From: Pristiophorus japonicus
Lineage: Eukaryota
Assembly: GCF_044704955.1 (NCBI RefSeq)
Contig: NC_091984.1
Coordinates: forward strand, 204,104,001 to 204,168,000
Reading direction: 5' to 3'
Length of the DNA stretch: 64,000 bases
Shown here: positions 50,140 through 63,078 of the stretch, piece by piece
How positions within the stretch are numbered: position 1 is the stretch's first letter
How the letters are laid out: each line of letters starts with the position of its first letter
Position numbers and translations under genes: made by a program
Notes under the pieces: model-generated
What the model was told of the DNA's origin: nothing
Database searches by the model: none
The model's input: the letters and a program-made list of their open reading frames with translations, nothing else

Positions 50140-51050
50140 AAATTCATTCTGGGGATATGGGCATTGCTAGTAAAGTCACCAGTTATTGTCCATCCCTTGT
50201 TTTTGAGAAGGTGGGAGTGAGCCTTCTTGAACCGCAGTGGTCCATGTGATGAAGGTACTGGCACAGTGCAATTAGACAGGAAGTTCCAGGATTTTGACCC
50301 AGTGACCATGAAGGATTGGCAATCTGTGTCCAAGTCAGGTTGGTGTGTAACTGTCTTATGTGCTGGAGGTCGCTGGTTTAGGTAGTACTGTTGAAAGAAC
50401 CTTGGCGAGCTGCTGCAGTGCATCCTGTAGATAGTACACACTCCAGCCATTGTATGCCGAGGGTGGAGGGAGTGGACGTTTATGGTGGTGGATGGACTGC
50501 AGATCAAGTGGACTGATTTGTCCTGGATGGTAAGCTTCTTGAGTGCTGTTGCATCAATCCAGACAAGTGGAGAGTATTCCATCGCACTCGTGACTTGTAG
50601 GTGGTGGACAGACCTTGGGAAGTCAGGTGAGCCACTTGCTGCAGAATACCCAGCCTCTGTCCTGTTCCAGGAGCCATGGCATTTATGTGGCTGGTCAATG
50701 GTAACCCTCAGGATGTTGATTGTGGGGAAATTGGCAATGGTAATGCCATTGAATGTCATCGGGAGGTGGTTAGATGACTGTTGGTCATTACCTGGCACTT
50801 GTGTGGCACAAATGTTACACCACTTATTAGCCCAAGCCTGGTTGTTCTCCAGGTCTTGCTGCATGTGGATATGGATTGCTTCATTATCAGGAATTGTGAA
50901 TGGAGCTGAACCCTGAAATCATCAGCAAACAGCCCCACTTCTGGCCTTATGGTGGAGAATGGCTCACTGCCACCTTCTCATGGGCAATAGAGATGGGCAA
51001 TAAATTCTGGCCTTGCCAGCGACGCCCACATCCCAGGAGCAAATTAAAAA
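50140..51050 (-). mobile_element. decayed LINE RT/3' fragment
   Basis: GLFADD, QQDLENNQAWA, MEYSPLVW and FKKA remnants; same family as 1790-2440. Confidence 0.75.
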
Positions 51051-52649
51051 ATGATGAAACAGCTGGACAATTGCGCCTAGGACGTTGCCCTCAGGAATTC
51101 CTGCAGCGGTATAGTTGGCAAAGGTTCTACCATTAGTTGCCAATGCTGTGTCTATTAGATATACCTCACTGACTCAAAGCTCCATCTCAGACTGGTACAT
51201 CGGATCAGCGCTTGAAAAAAGGGCAATCGAAGATGGGCACAGATTTGGGACACAGCAACAGATTCAAGGACATCAGAGGAAAGGGAGATTAAATGGGGTG
51301 GTAATTTGTAAGGACAGATGGGTCAAGGTGGTTACTTTGAGGCATTTACTTAGAGTAATGGTCAATTTGCTTCAAGGTAACAAAGGGCTCCGAGCATATC
51401 TTGGTCAGTACGGTCACTGCCTTCAGGAAAAGAAGAACATTTGGCAGAGGGTGTAATTACAGTGTGACAAGTTTACATAGGCAGTTTCCATTCTGTGAAA
51501 AGGAAATATAAAACTAAGGACAGAATGTATCATTTTAAAATGGGGACTGAATTACACCTGTATTCCACAGTCCAATTATCCCTCACTCTCCGATCTCGCT
51601 TCTCCTGAAAACTACACTTTGTCTACCACGGAAGATCGATTAGTCAATCTAAAGCACCAATTTTACATTGGAGCAGGAAAATAGGCAGGTAGGGGTAAAA
51701 GCGAGCATCAAGCCACACCCAACCTTGACAGCACAAGGTCTGGGTGATTTTAACTCTTGGGCCTCATCTGCATGCCACTGGTCAGCTGCCCGCTCGAAAC
51801 AGCCGGGTGGAAATTCAGGGAACAGGAGGCTCCCAGCCTGCACTAATGAGAAGCTCATCAGCAAGAAAGCAAGTTGCGATGAGAGAAGCGGGCGAAGCCT
51901 AAACATCCCTTGTGGATCCCACATCTGCTCCTGGTCCCAAAAGGAAAGATGAAAAAAAACTTGCCTTAAATGGCCTCTTATGGTCCCAGATCCTCCTCCT
52001 GCCTTCACCTGGCTGGAAAGACACAATGGCTTCTCAACTCAAGCCAGTTAAAATTTCAGTCGGGGCCCAAGTGTCCAATTACCAGCATGTCAAGTTTGCA
52101 TAAGCAGTTTCCATTATAACTGGTCATGATGCTGCCACTTTCTCCATAGGTGGAAGATTAAAACATCTCCATCATGCGACTGTGGAGCTCCTAATCAGAC
52201 CCTGGAGCGCATTGAGCACTGCCCTCAGAGGAAATTTGCAGGCAGCCTATAAGATATCCACGCTGTTACACTTGGCCTGGATATCCAACTTGGATATTGA
52301 TGTTTGATTTGCTTTGCTTTGCTACTACCGTACAAAAGAAGACGATAAATTTATAATGGAACTGTCTGTAGATGTAAGATTTTTAATGTACAATATGTAT
52401 TATTGTACTTTAATATAAATAATGTCAAAATAAACAATAAACAATCATGACTATGCAACAGTAAGAGGAATTTAAGAAGCAATCCATGGTCACATGGAAT
52501 CTTTTCAGACAATAAAAGTAGTTTGATGGATCTACAGTTTAGTATCCAAATCATGCTTACAGTCCGAAACATAAACAGGGTCCAGACCAAAATATAAATT
52601 TGTCTGTTCTCTTCACAGATGCTGGCCTCCTGTTTGTTTCCAACATTTT

Positions 52650-54105
52650 GGGGCCAAGTTTCGACCTGAGTTGCTCCTGTTTTTTTGGAGCAACTGGTTA
52701 AGAATGGAGTATCTTAGAAATTGCAATTCTCGGCATTTAGTTTGCTCCAGTTCTAGTCAGATTTTTTTTTTCAAAAGGGGGCGTGTCTGGCCACTTATGC
52801 CCGTTTTGAAAGTTTAGTCAGTGAAAACATACTCCAAACTAACTTAGAGTGGAGTAAGTGTAGATTTTTGTACGCTCAGAAAAACCTTGCCTACACTTAG
52901 AAAATCAGGCGTAGGTTACAAATCAGGCATAGGGAATGGGGGGGGGGGGGGTTTAAAGGGAAGTTTACAAACATTAAACACTTCAGTTTTACAAATAAAG
53001 AGCCATCATCAATAATAAATTATAAATACATCAATAAATCAACCAATAAATCAAAAAAAAATAATAAAACAAATTTAAAAATCAATAAATAAAACATTTT
53101 CTACTTACCGACTGCAACACCGGGAGACCTCCAATAGCATGCTGGGACGGCCCCCCCGCCCCCCCCCAGTGTGTCTCTATCTCTCTGTCTGTCTGTGTGT
53201 GTGTCTCTCTCACTCTCTGTCAGTGTCTNNNNNNNNNNNNNNNNNNNNNNNNNNNNNNNNNNNNNNNNNNNNNNNNNNNNNNNNNNNNNNNNNNNNNNNN
53301 NNNNNNNNNNNNNNNNNNNNNNNNNNNNNNNNNNNNNNNNNNNNNNNNNNNNNNNNNNNNNNGAGGGGGGCAGAGGGAGGGAGAAGGGCGGAGGGAGGGA
53401 GAAGCGGTGGCGGGGAGGGGGAGAGGAGAGGGAGGCTGAAAGGGGCTGGCCGGGCCCAAGACTTTGGGCGGGGCCTGCCCCCAGCGCCGGAGTTAAAGGT
53501 AGGTGGCCGGGGGTCGGGTCGAGTCCGTGGCGGGGGAGAGCAGGTCGGGTCCAGGGGTTAGGGTTAGAGTCCGGGGGGGGGCGTCGGGGCGGGGGAGCAA
53601 GGGTCGGGGGGGGGGGGAAATCGAGTCGGTTCGGGTCCGGGGGGGGAGGAGCGGGGGTCGGGTCCGGGTGGGGGGAGCGGGAGTCGAGTCGGGTCCCGGG
53701 GGGGTCGGGAGCTTGGGGGGGTGGGGGGGAGGGTTGAGAGCCAGCTGAAGGGAGGAAGTGGGAGGTGCAGCCTGATCTGTGCAGCCTGATCCATGCCGCC
53801 CCAGTGAGCCCATTCGGCCAGGGCTAGGGGCTGCGTGCTTCGGGCCCCTCCCATACAGTTTTGGGCACCTGGAGCTACTGCACATGCGCGCCCACTGTGG
53901 CGCGCCTGTGCAGAGGTCCCGGCACTGTTTTCATCGCAGGGACCTGGCTCCGCCCCACAGTTCGTGCTGTGCCGCGCCCGGCTCCAGAGGGGACCTGCAG
54001 GGAGCTGGAGAATCGGTAAGTATTTTTTAGGCGCACTTTCGAGCGCAAAAAACGGGCGTCCAGGTCGGGGCTGCGCCGTTCTAGGCGCGGCCCGAAACAT
54101 GGGCC
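52650..54105. mobile_element. non-autonomous Harbinger-like element (copy C), contains an assembly gap
   Basis: ggggccaagtttcg...cgaaacatgggccc flanked by TTT/TTT; gggtcgggtcc-rich core. Confidence 0.8.
53229..53362. other. assembly gap (N run)
   Basis: Run of N between (CT/GT)n and G-rich repeats. Confidence 0.99.
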
Positions 54106-54378
54106 CTTTATGTCTTTGTTTCAAACTTCCAGAATCTACAGTATTGTGTTTTTCTCACACTTTTAGGCTATTGCTTACAAAGTCCCTGCACCACCCCACT
54201 TTCTCTCCCAGCAACAAACCAAGTTTATGACAGTGGATGGTTAGTGAAATAACATCTTCAAATGCCTGTGTGGAGTTCGAAAATAATCTTTTTACTTGTT
54301 AAAAATTATCTTCAAAAGGTATCCAAATTGAAGCAGTGGCATCCAGTTTAAATACTGTCCAAATTCCTACTTAAAGAT

Positions 54379-55275
54379 TTATTTACAGATCAAGCTAGAA
54401 TACAAAACATGAGCTACACCAGTGATTAGATTATGATTGGCAAACTCTAATATAAGCAGCACTATGGGATATTCACTTTGCCGTTTCCACAAGGCAGAAT
54501 TATCATCAAGCCCCATCCAGCTGAACAGCAAAACTTTCATAGCTTCAGGAAATAGTTTGTCTACCAGTTCCTCAGCAGGTGGTAAGTCTGTGATTCTGTC
54601 AATGTGGGTTGTTTTAAAGTCTTCTACTTGTCTGCTGATAGAGGCATTAGCAGAATAAAACTGATGTCCCAACCAATTACTTACAGTATAAAGCATGTGA
54701 CTACAATAAATAGAATTAACCCCTGTTTCAGTGGTTTCTGTTTTGATAATTAAGTCTTGAAGATGGGTCAGAAGTTGCAGCATCCTATCAGCCAACTTCT
54801 GTGCAGATATGGTTTCACTTATTAGGAGTTCTACAAAATCAACTAACAGTGTAATTACTTTCTCACGTTCCTTTTGTATTTTCAATGGTAAAATTTTAAA
54901 AGCCTGATAAACTGATCTAAACTTGATGGACAAAGAATCATAATCCACAACTTCTGCATACAGTGAATTAGCTGCACAAGGTTCTTCACTTTCTTGTAAA
55001 ATTCTTTCTTCTTGTGCACAGTAGTTATGGTCACCCTGATTCAAAGTACTGTTGTTGTAGGTACAATCCAAAGGTGAAGTAGCTGTCCTATATACATTAA
55101 TATCAGGTACCAGATTAGTACCTTGAATGCTTGAATGTAATGCAGAGGAACTTTTGTGGCTCTTTATTTCAGGAAGGCAATTTTCAAGCAGTTCTTCATT
55201 CGGGAGGTTTTGCAGAATCTTAACATCATATTTTTGATTCAGAATGGGGTCACTTATTCTTGCTTTCCACAAATC
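54379..55275 (-). CDS. uncharacterised gene, last coding exon
   Basis: 897-nt open frame with no transposon motifs; acceptor ttttcttgtggtag|GATTTG; ends LLILEFANHNLITGVAHVLYSSLICK-stop. Confidence 0.88.
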   Translation of the reverse strand, partial: DLWKARISDPILNQKYDVKILQNLPNEELLENCLPEIKSHKSSSALHSSIQGTNLVPDINVYRTATSPLDCTYNNSTLNQGDHNYCAQEERILQESEEPCAANSLYAEVVDYDSLSIKFRSVYQAFKILPLKIQKEREKVITLLVDFVELLISETISAQKLADRMLQLLTHLQDLIIKTETTETGVNSIYCSHMLYTVSNWLGHQFYSANASISRQVEDFKTTHIDRITDLPPAEELVDKLFPEAMKVLLFSWMGLDDNSALWKRQSEYPIVLLILEFANHNLITGVAHVLYSSLICK

Positions 55276-55545
55276 CTACCACAAGAAAATAAAATTATTA
55301 TGGTCGTACAAAATATCAGATAGCCATTTGGTTTGATTGAAATCAAAATTGCACTACTTTTCACAAAACATAGTTTAAAACTTCCTGCATCAATGCAGTT
55401 AAAGTCAGGAATTCAGCAGTTTGGCAATGCATATATCATTGATCTAAACCCACAATTCCACACTCTGTGGTCCTTCTTATTTGCGCTAAACATTGTACTA
55501 TCTTCCCGTACCTGAACAAATTTAAGACTAATATTTTAATTGATA

Positions 55546-55893
55546 CATGTTGAACCTCCCTTATCCGGAACCCTCGGGACCTAGATAAGGGATTTTTCCG
55601 GACGAGGGATGGTCACTTTAAATTGGATGGTACAAGTATTCAAGTATTGTGTAAGGGGATATCGGGGCTGGCTGGTTTCGGGCTGGGAGTGCGGCAGAGA
55701 GATCGGGGTGGGGGGTGGGGGGGGAGGATAGATCACAGGGTCAGGCCAGCGATTGCGGGAGTCGGCAGCGAGGGGGGACTGCAATTTGTTCATGTCGGAG
55801 TTCTGCGCATGCACCACCTGGTAATCGGGAATGGTTCTGGACAAGGGGTGGTTCCAGATAAGAGAGTTCTCCGGATAAGGGAGGTTCAACCTG
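55546..55893. mobile_element. Tc1/mariner (pogo/Tigger-like) MITE
   Basis: TA TSD; TIR ca(t/g)gttgaacctcccttatccgga at both ends. Confidence 0.85.
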
Positions 55894-56118
55894 TAATACA
55901 TTTAATAAGTGTCAAAAATAAACTTTCAATATTGTAAAATGCTATAGCTTTGTATTACAACATATGCATTAATAAAGCAAATGAAGAAATTTTCATTTTA
56001 AGTTACATTACACCAAGGACCACAATTAAGGCCAAATAATGCTTTATATAGTTGTGATCTATTCAATAGCAGCAAAATCTTTTACAATTGACATTTTTCT
56101 TTCAAATGCTAATAGTAC

Positions 56119-56252
56119 CTGAAGCATAACAAGGACTTCTAACTGTTGCTCTTTACTGTACATCTCAAAAGCAACACGAAACAGTCCCTGAATGCTGTAA
56201 AACCACAAACTGTTCACCACAGTTGGTATCTTCAGTCCTTCAAATCGAAATT
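56119..56252 (-). CDS. uncharacterised gene, coding exon 3
   Basis: ttttcag|AATTTCG...CTTCAG|gtacta; EFRFEGLKIPTVVNSLWFYSIQGLFRVAFEMYSKEQQLEVLVMLQ; phase 1 to 0. Confidence 0.8.
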
Positions 56253-56439
56253 CTGAAAACAAGTATTTTACAGAAATCATAAATATGAATGGAAGAGAAA
56301 TGCTGAAGAGCCAATCTGGGAGGAGGCTGCAATCAACTTTTTTTGTTGACAATCTTCAGATGTCAAGGGCAGCAAAGGAGATTACAGCAGAGGCTAGGTT
56401 GTCATCAGAGATGTGGAGAGGTCACAGTAAAAGGAATAG

Positions 56440-57010
56440 CCAGCAGGGGAAATAACAACGTATAAAACAGGTAAAGCTGGTCGAGGAATAGAAGATTACA
56501 AGTCAGAGAAGGTCATGATCAAATTTTACAGCACTCTGGTTTGACCAAATCTTGAATGCTGTGTCTAGTTCTGGTTATCAAAACAGAATAGATACATTTA
56601 AGCCCTAGAGGTAGTGCAGAGAAGAGCCACATAGCTGATCTTTACTGTCAGGGGTCTGAATTAGGAAAAAGGATTGGAGACAGTTGGATGTTTCAGACTT
56701 AAAATGAGGCATCTGAATTATTGAAATGTACAAGATAAATGTAGAAAAGTATTTCAAATGAAGATGTGTGAGGAAGACAAAGGGACATAGGTTCAAACTA
56801 GTTAAGGCAGATTTAGGCCTGATATCAGCACCTTCTTCATGCAATGGACTTCCAAATGGAAAAGTAGAAATGAACATCATGTAATTATTTAAGAAACAAT
56901 TGGATAAGAAGCCAATGAGGGGACTTTAGTGTCTTTCTGCATGGAAAAACTAGGATTGATGAACTAAGATGGGGTAAATGGTCTTTATCATCCTTAATTA
57001 TCTTGTGTAT
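56440..57010 (+). mobile_element. old CR1 3' fragment
   Basis: Degenerate LECCVxFW and RGH-type motifs. Confidence 0.6.
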
Positions 57011-57138
57011 ACGAAGGACAAAGGTAAAGTGAGTAGTCAAACCTAAAAGAAGTGTTTTCCTTCTACAGGTTTACATACTCCTTGGAGTATGTCCTGTAGA
57101 TTCTACTTTGTGGTTTCAAACAAGAATTGATGTAGTAC

Positions 57139-57268
57139 CTGAACTAAAGCTGAGCTTTGTTGCCAATCCTTTCTTTGCAAATTTTGCATGAATTCTTGGA
57201 TGATTTTCAGTGCGGATGCCAGTTTTTGCAACAACATCAGCACCAAGAAAAAGAGGGGTCAAATTCTC
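57139..57268 (-). CDS. uncharacterised gene, coding exon 2
   Basis: Strong pyrimidine tract ctctttccctcacctttag|; ENLTPLFLGADVVAKTGIRTENHPRIHAKFAKKGLATKLSFSS; donor CAG|gtacta; phase 0 to 1. Confidence 0.8.
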
Positions 57269-60174
57269 CTAAAGGTGAGGGAAAGAGAAATTAAAAAATG
57301 TAAGAAATGTTTTACTAGATATAAAATCCATAAACCTTGTGGTTTTATTTTCTGCTTTGTTCATTTTCTATGCACCATATCTCATTTTTACTGAGTTAAT
57401 TCTCAATGAGACTTAATAATCCAATATCTGAGCAAGGTAGGCTTGCAGCTTTCTAACTGATCAGCCAGTCTGATTCATTGATGGGGCTTGGAAGAGTTTT
57501 TCTGTTACTGGGGGATTGAGAACCTTCTGATTCAACTCCCGACTGACCAATGCTTTAGCAGATAGAGTGATCTGAGCTTAACAAGCAGTGGGATGCTAAC
57601 CACTGCTCTGTGCTGTTAAGCTGTGTGATTTTAGCCCATTAAACTCCAGTACTGTGCACGTTTGTGGATCCCAAAACCTTAATTTTTGGAAACCTGTAAT
57701 TAAGTTCTCTAGGCTACGACATTTGGGGCATGTCCGTACCTAGAGAGGGTGTGCCATATCAGGCAAATTAAAATTGTACTTGTGCATTTTTCAATTTGAG
57801 TTAGCAAAAATACTTCATTTTCCAACTGGAAATGTAAGTGACTCTTAAGCATAGCTAAGGCATGCTGTCCAATCTTCTCCTTCCCCCTCCTAAATAATAA
57901 AATATTCTAAATTAAAGCGTGACCTGGTCGAGTACATTTCCCTTGCTTAGCGCATTATAGAGTAGTACTGTACTTCAATGTACATACATGAGGCTGGACT
58001 GTCATCTAGAAACAATGAAAATACATTAACAAATCGGAATATCTTTATAAGGCAAAATTATTTACTACAACAACAGGATAACATATATCATTATATGTAT
58101 GTACTAGTAACTTGCTGTTAGCATTATCCATAGTCAGGTAATAAATACAAGTTTTTTTATATGCAAGCTGATGGCAGAGTACGGAAAGAGATTGCAGAAA
58201 CTCACTCCACAGAGCCTGCTACTATAATTATAACGGTCGATATAATTACAATGGTAAATGTGACCAAATATTATGACAACAGGAAGTAAGGTTTGTGGTT
58301 TGGAAGTGCGTGCCCTGCAGTAGATTTTTAATAATATATCGATAGCATTATTCTATACAGAAATTATTTTACCCAAAGTACATTAATAATTGAGACAAAA
58401 AAGTCAATCACCAAAGTAGAAATTAACAGCTGATCCTAGTCAGACCACACTAGTATTTTAAAGTTTATAAAGCAATGTTGAAATTTGACCAGTAGCAGAG
58501 AAGGAGAGTCAAATTTGAAGATTGTATTTAATGCAGTGAAGGAAAGGTGAATGCAACTAGGGTAAATGCTTATTCTAGTGTATTGTTGCAAAGTACAGCA
58601 GCTTCCTATTACCTTGGATACTCTGGGGAGGCCAAGGAACTTCATCTGACCATACGAAAGTTGCAAGAAGTACCCTTCACTGCTGAGAAAATCTTCTTCC
58701 ATAGAGCCTCAATCAAGCTCTTCATGGGCCTCCTTACCTTGGGACCAAAAAGCTGGGCCCTCCTTTGCCAGGTTATAGGCAGTAACGTCTCAACTGGAGT
58801 TTTTTTTAAGTTTATGGGTTTAGTTCCCTGAAGAAACACCAACCTCAGGTATTGCTTAAGCCACGTTGTTACAGACAGAAAATGGCTTCCTTGCTCCCAT
58901 CAGCTGCTGCAGCAGCACTAGATTTTCCTTCCTCTTCCCCTAGAGGACACTAATAGCACTAGCAGCCTGCCATGAATATTTAATAAGGGTGTGCATGTGT
59001 TTCAGATAGACATTAAACCAAGGCCCAATTTGCCTGGTAACACAGCACGGTTCGAAGAGCAAGGCAGTTCTCCTGATGTCCTGGCCAATATTTGTCCCAC
59101 TGCTAAGACAAATTAATTGGTCATTTAGCTCATTGCTGTTTGTAGGACCTTTACAAATTGGCTGCTGTGTGTTTCGACAAAACAACAGTAACTACAGTTC
59201 AAAAATAATTAATTGGCTATGTCTATTTTCTCTCAAACAAATTAAAATCAAGCAATTCTAGTTTCTAATGTCTGTACAGTTAAATGATGTGCTGGGAAAG
59301 GATCCATGTGATTTAATTGATCATCTTTATTGGTCACTAACAGACATGCCCAGCAAGTGCACTTCCTTTGACACAGCTAAGGTCATACTTTGACCAGCCA
59401 AAGGACCAGTTCCAAAAGGTTCTGAAGCAAGTTGAGAGAAATGTTATCATACAGGTTAAAGGAAGTTGTAAAGAGTTTTTGAAGCAGAATGTTTCAGAGT
59501 GAACTGAACTGAGTAAATTTAAAACAGAAGTGTTTAAAAGAGAGAAAGAACAGAACAACCTAAGTGAGTTTCAGTCAATTAATTAATTCATGTAGTCGGT
59601 GTTGTTCAGGCAAACAAAAGACTGTACAATATATTACAACAGTTACATTAACAACTTGCATTTATATAGCACCTTTTAATGTAGAAAAATGTTCCCATGC
59701 ACTTCATAGAGGTTTAATCAAGAAAAAAAAGAAAAACAAGCTGAAATGTTTAAGCAAAGAGAAATACAATATAACAGTACAGAGAAATAATACACACACA
59801 CAAGGTTAGCTAAAGTCAGAAAGTGAAGAGAGCGACTGAAGAAAGACAGCAACTACCGCAGACAATGATTTGTCGTAGGTATCCTTCGGTGAAGCTGGAA
59901 CATCCCACAGAATGTCAAAGCTGCCCATGCCACAGAATTCAGAGGTTGTATATCTAACTTTGAATCTTTTTGAGAATTAGTTTCCCAGTGCAGTGAAAGC
60001 AATCAATAAAATGACTTAGATAAATTTTGTCCAAAGAGGTTTTCATTTAAATAAGCCTCATTACATTCAAACCCAAGATATGCACACTGGCATACTGATG
60101 GAACAGGACATCTCAAGGAGATATAGCTTTACTTTCCCAGTGTGTGTAGTATTACCCATATGTGGAACAATTCA

Positions 60175-60525
60175 GCCAGTTCAGTTGGGAACACCCTCGC
60201 CTCTGAGTCAGAAGGTTGTGAGTCCCTCTCCAGTGCGTAACTGAGAGAGTGCTACACTGTCAGAGGTGCCGTCTTTCAAATGAGATGTTAAACAGAGGCC
60301 CCATCTGCTCTCCCTGGTGGACATAATAGATCAATGTTCTGGCCAATGTCTATCCCTCAGCCAACAGATTATCTGATCATTATTTCATTGCTGTTTGTGG
60401 GACCTTGCTGTTGGCTGCCGAGTTCCTACATGACAACAGTGATTGCACTTCAAAGAAGTACTTAATTTGCTGTAAAGAGCTTTGGGAATTCCGGAGATTG
60501 TGAAAGGCGCTATGTAAATGCAACA
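60175..60525 (+). mobile_element. DeuSINE/SacSINE1-like SINE
   Basis: ctcgcctctgagtcagaaggttgtg head; gtcagaggtgccgtctttc...gttaaacagaggcccc core. Confidence 0.7.
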
Positions 60526-60816
60526 CTTGCTTTTTTCTTTTAACTCTTAATTTGTTTTGAGCAAGTCAGATGCAGCTCCAAACAATTTTGTTTAGCCTAG
60601 ATATGACATTTGCCTGTTGCCAAATAAGATTATGAAATGTTTCCTTGTGTATAATTAACCAGCCAGCATACCACACAAAAGGAAAAAGAGAGATGAACGT
60701 TGACTACAGACTGTTCATGATTATATTCATATTTCACTTATTTAAACAGAGCAAGAAAGCAATAATACATATGGGCATTGCTCTAATGCAGTAAGTTGCA
60801 ACAGATAAAAAGTGAT

Positions 60817-62822
60817 ACATAAGCACATAAGAAATAGAAGCAGGAGTAGGCCATACTGCCCCTCGAGCCTACTCTGCCATTTAATAAGATCATGGCTGAT
60901 CCGATCATGGACTCAGGTCCGCTTCCCTGCCCGCTCCCCATAATCCCTTATTCCCTTATCAGTTAAGAAACTGTCTATCTCTGTCTTAAATTTATTCAAT
61001 GACCCAGCTTCCACAGCGAATTTAACAGATTTGCAATCCTCTGAGAAGAAATTCCTCCTCATCTCAGTTTTAAATGGGTGACCCCTTATTCTAAGATTAT
61101 GCCCCCTAGTTCTAGTCTCCCTTATCAGTGGAAACATCCACTCTGCATCCACCTTGTCAAGCCCCCTCATAATGTTATACATTTCGATAAGATCACCTCT
61201 CATTCTTCTGAATTCCAATGAGTAGAGGCCCAACCTACTCAATCTTTCCTCATAAGTCAACCCCCTCATCTCCGGAATCAACCGAGTGAACCTTCTCTGA
61301 ACTACCTCCAAAGCAAGTATATCCTTTCTTAAACATGGAAACCAAAACTGTACGCAGAATTCTAGGTATGGCCTCACCCTGTATAACTGTAGCAAGACTT
61401 CCCTGCTTTTATACTCCATCCCCTTTGCAATAAAGGCCAAGATTCCATTGGCCTTCCTGATCACTTGCTGTACCTGCATACCAACCTTTTGTGTTTCATG
61501 CACAAGGACCCCCAGGTCCCGCTGTACTGCAGCACTTTGCAATTTTTCTCCACTTAAATAATTTGCTCTTTGATTTTTTTCTGCCAAAGTGCAGAACCTC
61601 ACACTTTCCAACATTATACTCCATCTGCCAAATTTTTGCCCACTCACTTAGCCTATGTCCTTTTGCAGGTTTTTTGTGTCCTCCTCACACATTGTTTTTC
61701 CTCCCAGCTTTGTATCATCAGCAAACCTGGCTACGTTCCACTCAGTCCCTTTATCCAAGTCGTTAATGTAGATTGTAAATAGTTGGGGACCCAGCACTGA
61801 TCCCTGCAGCACCCCACTAGTTATTGATTGTCAACCCAAGAATGAACCATTTATCCCAACTCTCTGTTTTCTGTTAGTTAGCCAATCGTCTATCCATGCT
61901 AATATATTACCCCCGTGAACTTTTGTCTTGTGCAGTAACCTTTTATATGGCACCTTGTCAAATGCCTTCTGGAAGTCCAAATACACTACATCGACTGGTT
62001 CCCCTTTATCCACCCTGTTCGTTACATCAGTCATTGAAGGTTGGCATGCAGGTGCAGCAGGCGGTTAAGAAAGCAAATGGCATGTTGGCCTTCATAGCAA
62101 GGGGATTTGAGTACAGGGGCAGGGAGGTGTTGCTACAGTTGTACAGGGCATTGGTGAGGCCACACCTGGAGTATTGTGTACAGTTTTGGTCTCCTAACCT
62201 GAGGAAGGACATTCTTGCTACTGAGGGAGTGCAGCGAAGGTTCACCAGACTGATTCCCGGGATGGCGGGACTGACCTATCAAGAAAGACTGGATCAACTG
62301 GGCTTGTATTCACTGGAGTTCAGAAGAATGAGAGGGGACCTCATAGAAACATTTAAAATTCTGACGGGGTTAGACAGGTTAGATGCAGGAAGAATGTTCC
62401 CAATGTTGGGGAAGTCCAGAACCAGAGGTCACAGTCTAAGGATAAGGGATAAGCCATTTAGGACCGAGATGCGGAGGAACTTCTTCACCCAGAGAGTGGT
62501 GAACCTGTGGAATTCTCTACCACAGAAAGTTGTTGAGGCCAATTCACTAAATATATTCAAAAAGGAGTTAGATGAGGTCCTTACTACTAGGGGGATCAAG
62601 GGGTATGGTGAGAAAGCAGGAATGGGGTACTGAAGTTGAATGTTCAGCCATGAACTCATTGAATGGCGGTGCAGGCTAGAAGGGCCGAATGGCCTACTCC
62701 TGCACCTATTTTCTATGTTTCTATGTTTCTATGTTTCTATCCTCAAAGAATTCCAGCAAATTTGTCAAACATGACTTCCTCTTCATAAATCCATGCGAAC
62801 TCTGCCTGACTGAATTATGCTT
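60817..62822 (-). mobile_element. CR1 3' portion interrupted by a young CR1
   Basis: ORFs 60913-61647 and 61831-62034; the host resumes at ctcaaagaattcc. Confidence 0.9.
62025..62740 (+). mobile_element. very young 5'-truncated CR1
   Basis: Open RT C-terminus differing from the 28479 copy at 3 residues; (ttctatgt)n tail. Confidence 0.95.
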
Positions 62823-63078
62823 TCAATACCATATCTGTTCTAAACTTTAACCATTCACTTTCTAAAATGTTAATCTTGATTTTTAAATGTATTCAAATGA
62901 ATCAATTTGCAGTAATAGCATGTATGAAGTAACATCCGTCATCATACCCTCCTCTGTTTATAATGTAAATAATATTTTCAAGAATTAGGAAATTACACTT
63001 TATCATCCAAAACAGTACGAATTTGGCACTTCGTATAAATATAACGAAAACTCTAATTTTATTATTTTAAATACCAAC

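Noticed and set aside
53139-54230. Gly-rich ORFs spanning the N gap
   Set aside because: Low-complexity transposon core plus assembly gap.
58436-59960. Short ORFs as extra exons of the unnamed gene
   Set aside because: No convincing splice-site and phase pairs, and exons 1 and 2 already join in frame. They cannot be fully excluded without transcripts.
61896-62633. 245-aa ORF with a novel N-terminus
   Set aside because: Chance fusion of antisense host CR1 sequence with the nested young CR1.
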